Assembly: GCA_903849265.1 (NCBI GenBank) | Contig: CAININ010000207.1 | Coordinates: 1-52,614 of the forward strand | DNA length: 52,614 nt | Reading direction: 5' to 3' | Origin: an uncultured Acidimicrobiaceae bacterium | GTDB lineage: Bacteria > Actinomycetota > Acidimicrobiia > Acidimicrobiales > RAAP-2 | Shown here: positions 10,032-19,040 of the stretch, piece after piece | How the letters are laid out: each line of letters begins with the position of its first letter | Numbering within the stretch: the stretch's first letter is position 1 | Position numbers and translations under genes: made by a program | Notes under the pieces: generated by a model | The model's input: the letters and a program-made list of their open reading frames with translations, nothing else | Database searches by the model: none | Told to the model about the DNA's origin: nothing

Positions 10032-10062
10032 CCTCCCAAGACCCTTCCCGTGCCTTGGGAGG
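10032..10062 (+). promoter_or_regulatory. 9-bp perfect stem hairpin whose 3' arm contains the comM Shine-Dalgarno sequence
   Basis: CCTCCCAAG (10032-10040) pairs with CTTGGGAGG (10054-10062), with a 13-nt loop. GGGAGG lies 4 nt upstream of GTG 10067. Confidence 0.45.
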
Positions 10063-10066
10063 CACC

Positions 10067-11632
10067 GTGATAGCCAGTATCCCTTCTGCCGTCCTCCTCG
10101 GAGTTGACGGTCGCCCTGTATCCGTCGAAGTCCATGTTTCCAACGGACTCCCCGGCCTGACCATGGTCGGTCTGCCCGATGCCGCCGTGCGCGAGTCGCG
10201 CGACCGCGTCCGAGCGGCACTGGTGTCGAGCGGCTTGGCATGGCCTCGTCGCAAGATCACGGTGAACTTGGCGCCTTCTGGCATGCGAAAGGCCGGCGCC
10301 GGACTCGACCTGCCCATCGCCATCGGCATCCTGGTGGCCTCCGGCGTGCTGGCTCCCGAGGTGGTGGCCCGGCATGCGTTCGTGGGCGAACTCGGCCTCG
10401 ACGGCTCGATCCGGGGCGTGCCAGGAATGATGGCGTTGGCCGATGCGCTGGTGGGTCACCGCGTGATCGTCGCCGACGCCAGCCTCCACGAGGCCCGGCT
10501 AGCCGGTGGGTCCTGCAGCTCGGCGCCGTCAATGACCGAGTTGGTGGCGCGGTGCACGGGCAGACGCCCCTGGTCAGAGCCATCCGCCCAGTCAGCTTCG
10601 CCTGCCTTCAGCAATCAAGCGAGCGAGGGGGAGCGGGACGGGGTCCGCTCACGAGAGACCCTCGGCGCACCCGACCTCGCCGATGTCGCCGGCCAACCTG
10701 TCGCCCGACGCGCCCTCGAGGCGGCAGCAGCAGGGGGGCACCACCTGCTGCTGGTGGGGCCCCCAGGCGCGGGCAAGACCCTGCTCGCCACACGCTTGGC
10801 CGGCCTACTGCCGAACCTCGACGCGCTGACGGCTCGTGAGGTGACCCGGATCCACTCGGCAGCCGGCGTTCTTGGTGGCGGCGGCGGTCTGATCGTCCGG
10901 CCGCCCGTGCGTGCACCGCACCACGGTGTTTCGGCAGTGGCGCTCATCGGCGGCGGGAGTGCGGCAATGCGGCCCGGCGAGATCGGTCTGGCTCATGGGG
11001 GTGTGCTCTTCTTGGACGAGCTCGGCGAGTTCCCGACCGCCGTGCTCGATGCCCTGCGTCAGCCCCTCGAAGACGGAGTCGTCCAGGTGAGCCGGGCCCG
11101 AGGCACGATCACCTTTCCGGCCCGATTCTTGCTCGTCGCCGCCATGAACCCCTGCCCATGCGGCGACGGGGGGCTGCCTGGCGCTTGCCGGTGCGCTCCG
11201 GCGGCCCGATCTCGGTATGCCCGCCGTCTTTCCGGCCCTCTGCTCGACCGGTTCGACCTGGTCGTGCGGGTCGAGCGTCCTTCGGTCGAGGATCTGATGG
11301 CCCGACGGAAGAACGAATCGACGCACGATGTGGCCAATCGCGTACTCACCGCACGCGCCCGGGCCGAGGAGAGGGGCGTGGTGGTCAACGCCGAACTTCC
11401 CGTGGCGACGCTCGATGCCACGGCACCGGTGGACCACGGTGCCCGGGAGCTCCTCGAGCGGCGGCTGCGATCTGGACAGCTCAGTGCCCGAGGGCTTCAC
11501 CGGGTCCGCCGACTGGCTCGCACTCTGGCCGATCTGGACGGGGTCGGCCCGGTGGTTGCGGACACCCATGTGGCAGAAGCGCTCTTCCTGCGGGGGAGCA
11601 GGGCACTGGTGCTGGGTGAGGACGTCCGATGA
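10067..11632 (+). CDS. comM: Mg-chelatase-like AAA+ protein YifB/ComM
   Basis: SAVLLGVDG..VSVEVHVSNGLPGLTMVGLPDAAVRESRDRV N-terminal domain. Walker A LLVGPPGAGKT. Cys cluster NPCPCG. The track start is TTG 10055; GTG 10067 is preferred. Confidence 0.9.
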   Translation: MIASIPSAVLLGVDGRPVSVEVHVSNGLPGLTMVGLPDAAVRESRDRVRAALVSSGLAWPRRKITVNLAPSGMRKAGAGLDLPIAIGILVASGVLAPEVVARHAFVGELGLDGSIRGVPGMMALADALVGHRVIVADASLHEARLAGGSCSSAPSMTELVARCTGRRPWSEPSAQSASPAFSNQASEGERDGVRSRETLGAPDLADVAGQPVARRALEAAAAGGHHLLLVGPPGAGKTLLATRLAGLLPNLDALTAREVTRIHSAAGVLGGGGGLIVRPPVRAPHHGVSAVALIGGGSAAMRPGEIGLAHGGVLFLDELGEFPTAVLDALRQPLEDGVVQVSRARGTITFPARFLLVAAMNPCPCGDGGLPGACRCAPAARSRYARRLSGPLLDRFDLVVRVERPSVEDLMARRKNESTHDVANRVLTARARAEERGVVVNAELPVATLDATAPVDHGARELLERRLRSGQLSARGLHRVRRLARTLADLDGVGPVVADTHVAEALFLRGSRALVLGEDVR

Positions 11633-12754
11633 GCCGGGGGAGCACCGACGAACTGGCATGTGCGGCCGCCTTGGTCGATCTGCCCGGGATCACCCCCGTC
11701 CGCCTGGCTCGGCTCCTCGACGGGTTCGGCCCCGAGGTGGCCTGGGCTGCAGTGTGCGCCGGAACCCACCCCGGTGACCCAGATCGCCGATTCCGGCTGG
11801 CAGCCCGGGGGGGTCACGCCAGCGGAGGTGGCCCGCCGGTACGCCGATGCCGGAGTTGCCGTCCTGCTCCCGGACCGGGTGGGCTACCCGGCGGCGTTGG
11901 TCGGCGATGCCGGAGCCCCGGCCGTGCTGTGCGCCGCCGGCGAGCCGTCCGTCCTCGAGGCCCGCCCAGCGGTGGCCATCGTAGGTACCCGGTCCGCCAC
12001 CCCGTATGGGGCCAAGGTTGCTGGCGAACTCGGTATGGGCCTGGCTGCGGCCGGGGTAGTTGTCGTCTCGGGCCTGGCCCGGGGGATCGATGCCGCCGCC
12101 CACAACGGTGCACTGGCTGCCGGCCCCGATGCCGCGCCGCCAGTTGCCGTGGTGGGTACTGGGCTCGACGTCCCCTATCCGACGCAGAACCGAGCGCTCT
12201 GGCACCGAGTGGCAGCAATTGGTGCGGTGCTGTCCGAGGCTGCGCTCGGCACTGTGGCCCGGCCACGGGTGTTCCCGGCTCGGAACCGGATCATCGCCGC
12301 CCTGTCCGATGTGGTCGTCGTAGTGGAGAGCCACCGAGGCGGCGGGTCGCTGTATACGGCAGAGGCGGCTGCTCGTCGCTCGATTCCGGTGTGTGCCGTA
12401 CCCGGGTCCGTCTACAGCCGGTCATCGAGCGGCACGAACGAGCTCCTGGTCGATGGATGCACCCCCGTGCGTGATGTCGACGATGTGCTTGCCGCAGTGG
12501 CATTGGCCCGCCAAGGCCGGGGGATGCTGCCAGCGGCTCCGGTGGGCGTCAAGAGACGCCGGGAGGCGAGTCGTTCAGCGCCGACCGACCGTGTGCAGCG
12601 ATCGGTGTGGGAGGCGGTGGATGACACGCCCACTCCGGTCGAGACAGTGCTCCTCCGGACGGACCTGTCCCTGGCGGCACTCATGATGGCAGGCGAGGAG
12701 CTGGTCGAGGTGGGTCTGCTGACTGCCGGGGCCGGGTGGTGGGCCCGGGCCTGA
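11629..12754 (+). CDS. dprA: DNA-processing protein DprA, apparently interrupted by a +1 frameshift at the G7 run 11807-11813
   Basis: The N-terminal DprA-like segment is in the frame of ATG 11629 (ATGA overlap with the comM stop). The Rossmann core (GTRSATPYG, SGLARGIDAAAH, FPARNRIIAALS) is in the frame of the ORF 11660..12754. Confidence 0.8.
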
Positions 12755-12816
12755 GGTGACCATGGGCAACGCCCACGTGTCCCGACCGGCCAGAAGGTGG
12801 CCGGCACGGCAACTGT

Positions 12817-13344
12817 TCAGGCGGCCGGAAACGACCCCCCTTGCCAGCCGAATGCAGTCGAAGAGACCGGCGCCGCCGCCGGGGGGGCATTGAGGACCGG
12901 CGCCAAGCACGACGCCTGTCCTGTCTGAGCCCCGTAGAAGGATCCAGAGGTGGGGGACCACCACACTGCCCAGCAGATCCCGTCGGTCGACCGCGCAACG
13001 AGGGCCACCGAGCTGCCATCGGGAGCCGGGGTGACGCTGACGGTATGCGGATCGGTCGATGCTCCGGAGGTAAATGCCAGCGATGGGTCGATCGACTGCA
13101 ACGCTGCAGCGTCGAGTCCGCCCTGGCCAGCGGTTCGGGCCTGCTCCGCCGTGGTCAGGGCGGCAGACAGGTTCTGCTGTGCCTGTGCTGCATCTGCCGC
13201 CGCCGGCAGTGACGGTGTGCTGGGCGAAGACTTGCCGTCTGACGTGACAGTGGCCTTGAGTACCAGCAGCACGAGCAGGGCCGATACGAAGAGGCCCAAG
13301 ACGGTCACGAGCAGGGAGAGTCCGTTGTCGTCCCTGTCGTCCAT
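12817..13344 (-). CDS. Hypothetical membrane-anchored protein (single N-terminal TM helix)
   Basis: MDDRDDNGLSLLVTVLGLFVSALLVLLVL then an Ala/Ser/Thr-rich ectodomain. The rest of the 511-aa ORF is antisense to the LLM gene. No family recognised. Confidence 0.5.
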   Translation of the reverse strand: MDDRDDNGLSLLVTVLGLFVSALLVLLVLKATVTSDGKSSPSTPSLPAAADAAQAQQNLSAALTTAEQARTAGQGGLDAAALQSIDPSLAFTSGASTDPHTVSVTPAPDGSSVALVARSTDGICWAVWWSPTSGSFYGAQTGQASCLAPVLNAPPAAAPVSSTAFGWQGGSFPAA

Positions 13345-13476
13345 GGATCTGGTTCCTGCCTCGCCATCGGATGGACGACGTCCCATCGGGCTCTCCTGAC
13401 CAAGGTCGCGGCGTGAATCTTCGAAGTGCTCAGGTTCAGGTATGGCCTGACCTGCTCGAACGCTACTGTGCGATGC

Positions 13477-14310
13477 ATGCCGGATCACACACCCGACGGC
13501 GCCGACTCCTTGGGGTTCCCAGGGATCGGCCCGTGGCTCGACGCACCTGGCCCGGGCAGGGGCCGTCAGGAGATCCTGGCCAGGGCGATTGCCGTCGCCC
13601 ACGCCGCTGAGTTGCTCGAGCTTCGGTCGTTGTGGGTGACGGAACCTTCCGGTGGCGATCCAGAGGGTCCGCCGTACGAGGCCTATTCGATGCTGGGCGC
13701 CCTGGCAGTGCGGACAGCGCAGCTCCGACTGGGTGTCGTTACCCATGCCGTGGAGCGACGGGCCCCGTCGATCCTGGCCAAGATCGTCACCGGCGTGGAT
13801 GTCATCTCCAATGGCCGAGCCGTGCTCGCCTTGGGCGCCGATGGCCGCGATCCATGCGATGGCGGCCGGTTGTCGGAGGCCTTGACCGTCTGTCGACTGG
13901 TACTCGAGGACGAGATCCCCACGTTCAAGGGACGGTTCTATTCGATAGACGCCGCGGTCAACCGTCCAGCCCCGGTGCAGCCCGGTGGCGTCCCGATCGT
14001 CGTGTTCATCCACGGTGACGGGCCAGGGCGCCGAGCCCTGATCGACGCAGCCGTGGGATCTGCCGACGCCATTGTGGTCGACGGCGGTGCTGACGGTGTG
14101 CGCCAAGCCGTGGCGATGGTCGACGAACGTCGAGGCCAGGTCCCAACGCGAACAGTCGAGGTGCTTGGACAGGTGGCCGGCGACGCGCCCGTCGAAACAG
14201 TTGCCAGCCAGATCGCAGGTATTCGAGATGCGATGGCCTCGGGATGCCTTGTGGAGCTGCCCTACCCGTGGGAGCCGAACGCGCTGGAGGCCGCAGCCCT
14301 CGCCTGGTGA
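13477..14310 (+). CDS. LLM-class (luciferase-like) flavin/F420-dependent oxidoreductase
   Basis: AHAAELLELRSLWVTE...YEAYSMLGALAVRTAQLRLGVVTHAV.RRAPSILAKIV.GVDVISNGRAVLALG pattern. The start is uncertain (ATG 13477 or TTG 13426). Confidence 0.72.
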   Translation: MPDHTPDGADSLGFPGIGPWLDAPGPGRGRQEILARAIAVAHAAELLELRSLWVTEPSGGDPEGPPYEAYSMLGALAVRTAQLRLGVVTHAVERRAPSILAKIVTGVDVISNGRAVLALGADGRDPCDGGRLSEALTVCRLVLEDEIPTFKGRFYSIDAAVNRPAPVQPGGVPIVVFIHGDGPGRRALIDAAVGSADAIVVDGGADGVRQAVAMVDERRGQVPTRTVEVLGQVAGDAPVETVASQIAGIRDAMASGCLVELPYPWEPNALEAAALAW

Positions 14311-14410
14311 TGGGCATCCCATGCGTGGGACCGCCGCCAAGGGGTGCTCCACCGGCGCCTATCTGTGGCCTGGGCGATCGGTTCGCGGGGCCCGCTGCTA
14401 CGGTGCGCCC

Positions 14411-15283
14411 ATGTTGATCGGAGCGCACGTACGAGCAGGAAAGGGCCTGGTTCCGGCCCTGCAGCACGGAGCGGACATCGGAGCCGATGCCGTGCAGATA
14501 TTCACCCAGAGCCCGCGGATGTGGAAGCCGTCGCAGTACAGCGACGAGGTCCTGTTCGCCTACCGGGAGGCCCAGGCGGAGCACCCGTCGGTGATCTCGA
14601 CGTTCTGCCACGCCACCTATCTGATCAACCTGGCCTCCCCTGATCCCGAGCTGGCGGCCAAATCACGCACCTGCCTGACGGCGAACCTGTCGACGGCGGA
14701 CGGCATGGGATCCGAGGGACTGGTCCTCCACATCGGCAGCCACCGCGGCAGCGGGTTCGAGACGGCGCTGCCAGCGGTAGCCGAGTACCTGGTGGCTGCG
14801 CTCGACGAGGTCGATGCCGACATCGAGGGCTGCCCGATCCTGTTGGAGAACGCCGCCGGCGCCGGCGACACCGTGGGCCGGTCCTTCGAGGAACTCGCCC
14901 AGGTCATCGATGCAGCCGGGGGTGACGAGCGGATCGGTGTGTGTCTCGATACCCAGCACTTGTGGGCATCGGGGATCCCCTTCGGCACAGTCGAGGAAGC
15001 CGACGCCCTCATCGAGCTCATCGACTCCACGGTCGGGATGGCCCGGCTGCGCTGCATGCACCTGAATGACTCGAAGGTCGACTTCGGTGCCAACAAGGAC
15101 CGCCATGAGAACATCGGTGACGGCACCATCGGCGCCGATGGCCTCGCCGCCCTGCTCGGCCACCCGGCGCTACAGGGGATTCCGGCCATCCTCGAAGTAC
15201 CCGGAGAGGGCGACGGGCCGCGCACCGAAGACGTGGTCACCGCTCGAGGCGTGCTCGAGGCAGGACTGGCGCTGCGGGCCTGA
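14411..15283 (+). CDS. nfo: Deoxyribonuclease IV (endonuclease IV)
   Basis: MLIGAHV...AVQIFTQSPRMW...YLINLASPD...LVLHIGSH...LLENAAG...GVCLDTQHLWASG aligns by eye to E. coli Nfo. Confidence 0.9.
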   Translation: MLIGAHVRAGKGLVPALQHGADIGADAVQIFTQSPRMWKPSQYSDEVLFAYREAQAEHPSVISTFCHATYLINLASPDPELAAKSRTCLTANLSTADGMGSEGLVLHIGSHRGSGFETALPAVAEYLVAALDEVDADIEGCPILLENAAGAGDTVGRSFEELAQVIDAAGGDERIGVCLDTQHLWASGIPFGTVEEADALIELIDSTVGMARLRCMHLNDSKVDFGANKDRHENIGDGTIGADGLAALLGHPALQGIPAILEVPGEGDGPRTEDVVTARGVLEAGLALRA

Positions 15284-15319
15284 AGGCCACCACTCGTTCC
15301 GGGCGGACCCGTAGCGCCG

Positions 15320-15345
15320 TAATTGTAATGAGAACCATTCCCATA
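15320..15345 (+). promoter_or_regulatory. AT-rich Zur/Fur-box-like element upstream of the metal ABC transporter operon
   Basis: taattgtAATGagaacCATTcccata is the only AT-rich patch in the intergenic region, ending 13 nt before ATG 15358. It resembles actinobacterial Zur boxes (AATGA..TTTTCATT type). A Fur-family gene ends the operon. Confidence 0.4.
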
Positions 15346-15357
15346 TAGGGTGGCCAG

Positions 15358-16320
15358 ATGACTCCGTCCCAGCAGTCGCTCCTTGGGCGGGCACCAGGCA
15401 CGGCGGTTGCGGCGGTGGCAGTAGCAGTAGTAGCTCTCACGATGATCCTGGCCGGCTGTGCCATGACCCCGCCCGCTGGCGGGCAAGGATCGACCACGTT
15501 CTCTCCACGGGTCGTGCGGGTTGTCGCTGCTGAGAACGTGTGGGGCAGCATCGCCACGCAGCTCGGCGGCGCGCATGCCCATGTGGTCAGCATCATCACC
15601 AATCCGGCAACCGACCCCCACGCGTTCGAGCCCACGGCAGCCGATGCACGGGAACTTGCTGACGCTCAGGTGGCTGTCCAGAACGGAGCCGGGTACGACC
15701 CGTGGATGACCCGGCTGCTGGCGGCCGACGGCGGGGCCAGGACCGTGCTCGATGTTGGCGACCTGGTCGGTGTGGCCCCCGGGGGAAATCCCCACTTCTG
15801 GTACTCGCCGACTTACGTGGACAAGTTCATCGTCGCCATGACGGCTGACCTGATCCGCGCCGATCCGACCGACCGGACGTACTTCGTCGATCGACGGGTC
15901 CACTTCGAGCAGGTGGACCTGGCGGACTACCGCGACACCATCGCCCGGATCCGGGCCAGGTTCGCCGGCACCTCGGTAGGTGCCTCCGAGTCGGTCGTCG
16001 TCTACCTGTGTCAGGCACTCGGACTGCACCTCATCACGCCGCCTGCATTCCTCCGGGCCGTCAGCGAGGGGACAGACGTTTCGGCCGCCGACAAGGCCAC
16101 CATCGACGCGCAGATCGGCGACCATGCCATCGCCGTCTACCTGGAGAACACGCAGAACCTGACACCCGACATCCAGACCCAGGTGGCCGCCGCTCGTGCA
16201 GCCCGCATCCCGGTCGTGTCGGTGAGTGAGACCCTCGAACCGGTCGGCAGCACCTTCCAGGGCTGGCAGACCGCGCAGCTCCACTCCCTCGAGTCCGCAC
16301 TGGAGTCCTCTCATGCCTGA
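15358..16320 (+). CDS. Metal (Zn/Mn) ABC transporter substrate-binding lipoprotein (ZnuA/TroA family)
   Basis: Lipobox LTMILAGC. VVAAENVWGSIATQLGG.HA.VVSIITNP..DPHAFEPT..DA is typical of the cluster A-I SBP family. Confidence 0.9.
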   Translation: MTPSQQSLLGRAPGTAVAAVAVAVVALTMILAGCAMTPPAGGQGSTTFSPRVVRVVAAENVWGSIATQLGGAHAHVVSIITNPATDPHAFEPTAADARELADAQVAVQNGAGYDPWMTRLLAADGGARTVLDVGDLVGVAPGGNPHFWYSPTYVDKFIVAMTADLIRADPTDRTYFVDRRVHFEQVDLADYRDTIARIRARFAGTSVGASESVVVYLCQALGLHLITPPAFLRAVSEGTDVSAADKATIDAQIGDHAIAVYLENTQNLTPDIQTQVAAARAARIPVVSVSETLEPVGSTFQGWQTAQLHSLESALESSHA

Positions 16321-17179
16321 CCCAGCCACACCCTCTCCGGCGATCCAACTCACAGACGCCACCGTGCGCCTCGGCGGCCGCGACGTCTGGTCCCACGTCG
16401 ATCTGTCGATCGAGCCTGGGACCTTCATGGCCGTGCTCGGCCCCAACGGGTCAGGCAAGTCCACGCTGATCAAGGCCGTGCTCGGGGTCGTCCCCCTGGC
16501 CGGAGGCCGGGTAGATGTCTTCGGCCGCCCCGCCGGTGACGGGGGAGGGGACATCGGCTACCTGCCCCAGCGCCGCAGTTTCGATCCAGGGATGCGGGTC
16601 CGCGGTATCGACGTCGTGCGTATGGGAATCGACGGGCACCGGTGGGGGCTGCCGCTTCCGTGGGGTGCAGCACGGCGCACCCGCGATGCCCGTGTCGACG
16701 AGGTGATCGACCTGGTGGGTGCCGCTGCCTATGCGCATCGGCCCATCGGCGAGGTGTCCGGTGGCGAGCAGCAACGGCTCTTGATCGCCCAGGCTCTGGT
16801 GCGTGCCCCCCGGCTGCTCCTGCTCGACGAGCCGCTCGACAGCCTGGACCTCCCCAACCAAGGTGCGGTCGCTGGGCTCATCGCCGACATCAGCGCCACG
16901 TTGGGAATCACCGTCCTGATCGTGGCCCACGACGTCAATCCGATCGCCTCGGCGTTGGACGGCGTGGTCTACGTGGCCCAAGGGCGGGTGGTCAGCGGCA
17001 CGCCGGACGACGTCATCACCACCGAGACACTCACCGCCCTCTACGGCACTCCCATCGAGGTGCTGACCACGAGTGACGGACGGCGCGTTGTGGTCGGCCA
17101 GCCCGATGCCTCCTCTCACCACGCCGGGCCCCATGGACACGGCCACAGTGATGCCCATGACCATTCGGGGCACCCGTGA
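16313..17179 (+). CDS. Metal ABC transporter ATP-binding protein (ZnuC/TroB-like) with a His-rich C-terminal tail
   Basis: Walker A GPNGSGKST, signature SGGEQQR, Walker B LLLLDEP. ATG 16313 overlaps the SBP stop. The tail is HHAGPHGHGHSDAHDHSGHP. Confidence 0.9.
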   Translation: MPDPATPSPAIQLTDATVRLGGRDVWSHVDLSIEPGTFMAVLGPNGSGKSTLIKAVLGVVPLAGGRVDVFGRPAGDGGGDIGYLPQRRSFDPGMRVRGIDVVRMGIDGHRWGLPLPWGAARRTRDARVDEVIDLVGAAAYAHRPIGEVSGGEQQRLLIAQALVRAPRLLLLDEPLDSLDLPNQGAVAGLIADISATLGITVLIVAHDVNPIASALDGVVYVAQGRVVSGTPDDVITTETLTALYGTPIEVLTTSDGRRVVVGQPDASSHHAGPHGHGHSDAHDHSGHP

Positions 17180-18138
17180 ACCCAGGGCCCCACTTCTTGA
17201 CGTTGCTGGCCTTGGCCGGGCCAGGCCCGAATCCGCTGGACGATCTGCGTCAGATGCTGGCCCTGCACTTCATGGTCAACGCCTTCCGGGCCGGGACTGT
17301 GGTGGCGGTGCTGGCCGCCGCGGTCGGGTGGTTCATGGTGCTCCGACGCCAGAGCTTTGCCGGACACACCCTCGCCGTGGTGTCCTTCCCAGGTGCGGCT
17401 GCGGCGGTCTGGCTCGGGGTCAGCGTCACCGCTGGGTACTTCGCCGGGTGCATCGCCGCTGCCCTGGTGATCGCCCTGGTGCCCCGCTCGACCTCCGGCC
17501 GCCCGCGGAGTCAGGAGTCGGCGGTGATCGGTACGGTCCAGGCGTTCGCACTGGCGTCCGGCGCTCTCTTCGTCAGCCTTTATGGAGGCTTTCTCGACAG
17601 CATCACCGGCTTGCTGTTCGGATCCTTTCTCGGGGTCTCCGACGGGCAGGTCCTCACCCTCGCCCTCGTGGCGCTGGTCGTGCTGGTGCTTCTCGCCGTC
17701 TTGGCCCGACCGCTGCTGTTCGCCTCCATGGACGGGGCGGTGGCTGCTGCGAGCGGTGTTCCGGTGCGGGCGCTTTCAGTGGTGTTCTTGCTGATGCTCG
17801 GGTGCACGGCGGCTGAGGTGAGTCAGATCACGGGCGCACTCCTGGTCTTCGCTCTGCTGGTGATGCCGGCCGCCGCCGCCCAGCAGCTCACTGCGCGTCC
17901 TGTCCTCGGGATGGGACTGGCCGTCATCTTCGGCCTGGCGGTGGCGTGGATCTCCTTGGCGGTGGCCTTCTACTCGCCGTGGCCGGTGGGGTTCTTTGTT
18001 TCGACGTTCGGGTTCGCCCTCTATGTGGCGGCATCGGCACTGCGGGGACTGGTCACCCGGTACGGTCCCTCCAAACGGGCACATGGACGGGTCGCGGCAC
18101 ACTCGGATATCCCCGGGGCGGGGCTGGTGGGCGCATGA
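17176..18138 (+). CDS. Metal ABC transporter permease (ZnuB/TroC-like)
   Basis: Polytopic membrane protein. GTGA overlap with the ATPase gene. Operon position supports the call. Confidence 0.85.
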   Translation: MNPGPHFLTLLALAGPGPNPLDDLRQMLALHFMVNAFRAGTVVAVLAAAVGWFMVLRRQSFAGHTLAVVSFPGAAAAVWLGVSVTAGYFAGCIAAALVIALVPRSTSGRPRSQESAVIGTVQAFALASGALFVSLYGGFLDSITGLLFGSFLGVSDGQVLTLALVALVVLVLLAVLARPLLFASMDGAVAAASGVPVRALSVVFLLMLGCTAAEVSQITGALLVFALLVMPAAAAQQLTARPVLGMGLAVIFGLAVAWISLAVAFYSPWPVGFFVSTFGFALYVAASALRGLVTRYGPSKRAHGRVAAHSDIPGAGLVGA

Positions 18139-19040
18139 CCACGGCAGCGTTCTTCGTCTTCGCCCATCCGTTCCTGGCGTCTGCGTTCGGGGCTGGCACG
18201 GCCATCGCTCTGGCCGCGGGACTGACGGGCTCGATCGTCGTCCTGCGGGGACAGGTGTTCGCCGGGGACGCCTTGTCCCACGTCGCCTTCACCGGTGCGC
18301 TGGCCGCCCTGGCCCTTGGCGTGGACCTGCGGCTCGGCCTGTATGGCGGGTGTATCGCGTTTGCCCTCCTGCTGGCCGTCCTAGGGCGCCGTTCGGGTGG
18401 CGACGACACGGTCATCGGCGCCGTCTTTGCCTGGGTGCTCGGCCTGGGGGCGCTGTTCCTCAGCGTGTTCACGACGTCGTCGAGCGGTACCGGCGGATCA
18501 GGCGGAACGACAGGGGTGAACGTGCTCTTCGGTTCGATCCTGGGACTGTCTCGCTCCCAGGCCCTGGGCGACGTGGTCGTGGCGCTGCTGGTCGTGATGG
18601 CGTTGTTGCTCCTGGGACGACCGTTGCTCTTCGCCAGCCTCGACCCGGCCGTGGCTGCCTCACGGGGCGTGCCGGTGCGGGCGCTGTCGTACGGCTTCTT
18701 CGTGCTGCTCGGAATGACTGCCGGCGTGGCTACTCAGGCGGTGGGGGCCCTACTTCTGCTCGGATTGCTGGCGGCCCCGGCGGGAGCGGCCCAACGGCTG
18801 ACCGCCCGGCCGTTTCGGGCACTGTGGCTGTCCGCCGTCATCGCCGTGGGATCGATGTGGGCGGGACTCTCACTGGCCTACGTCATATCCGCCGTGCCGC
18901 CCAGCTTCGGGATCCTTGGCGTGGCCACCGTGATCTATCTGGGAACCTTCGTCTGGACCGGCTTGGCCGGTCGCCGGCACCCCCCAGCCCCAGCCAGGGT
19001 GCGGCCCGGAACGGGACGCGAGGTGGCCGGTGCGCGCTGA
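18135..19040 (+). CDS. Metal ABC transporter permease (ZnuB/TroD-like), second copy
   Basis: ATG 18135 overlaps the previous stop (ATGA). It is a paralogue of the preceding permease (shared motifs LLFASLDP/MDGAVAA..GVPVRALS). Confidence 0.85.
   Translation: MTTAAFFVFAHPFLASAFGAGTAIALAAGLTGSIVVLRGQVFAGDALSHVAFTGALAALALGVDLRLGLYGGCIAFALLLAVLGRRSGGDDTVIGAVFAWVLGLGALFLSVFTTSSSGTGGSGGTTGVNVLFGSILGLSRSQALGDVVVALLVVMALLLLGRPLLFASLDPAVAASRGVPVRALSYGFFVLLGMTAGVATQAVGALLLLGLLAAPAGAAQRLTARPFRALWLSAVIAVGSMWAGLSLAYVISAVPPSFGILGVATVIYLGTFVWTGLAGRRHPPAPARVRPGTGREVAGAR

Noticed and set aside
13345-14352. Upstream two-thirds of the 511-aa minus-strand ORF 12817..14352
   Set aside because: Only the last 176 codons look like a real (membrane-anchored) protein. 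The rest overlaps the plus-strand LLM gene in antisense and is compositionally artefactual.
14617-16554. 645-aa ORF on the minus strand
   Set aside because: It is antisense to nfo, the metal-binding SBP and the ABC ATPase, all of which have clear motifs on the plus strand. Its Pro/Arg/Ser/Gly-rich product is typical of a GC artefact.
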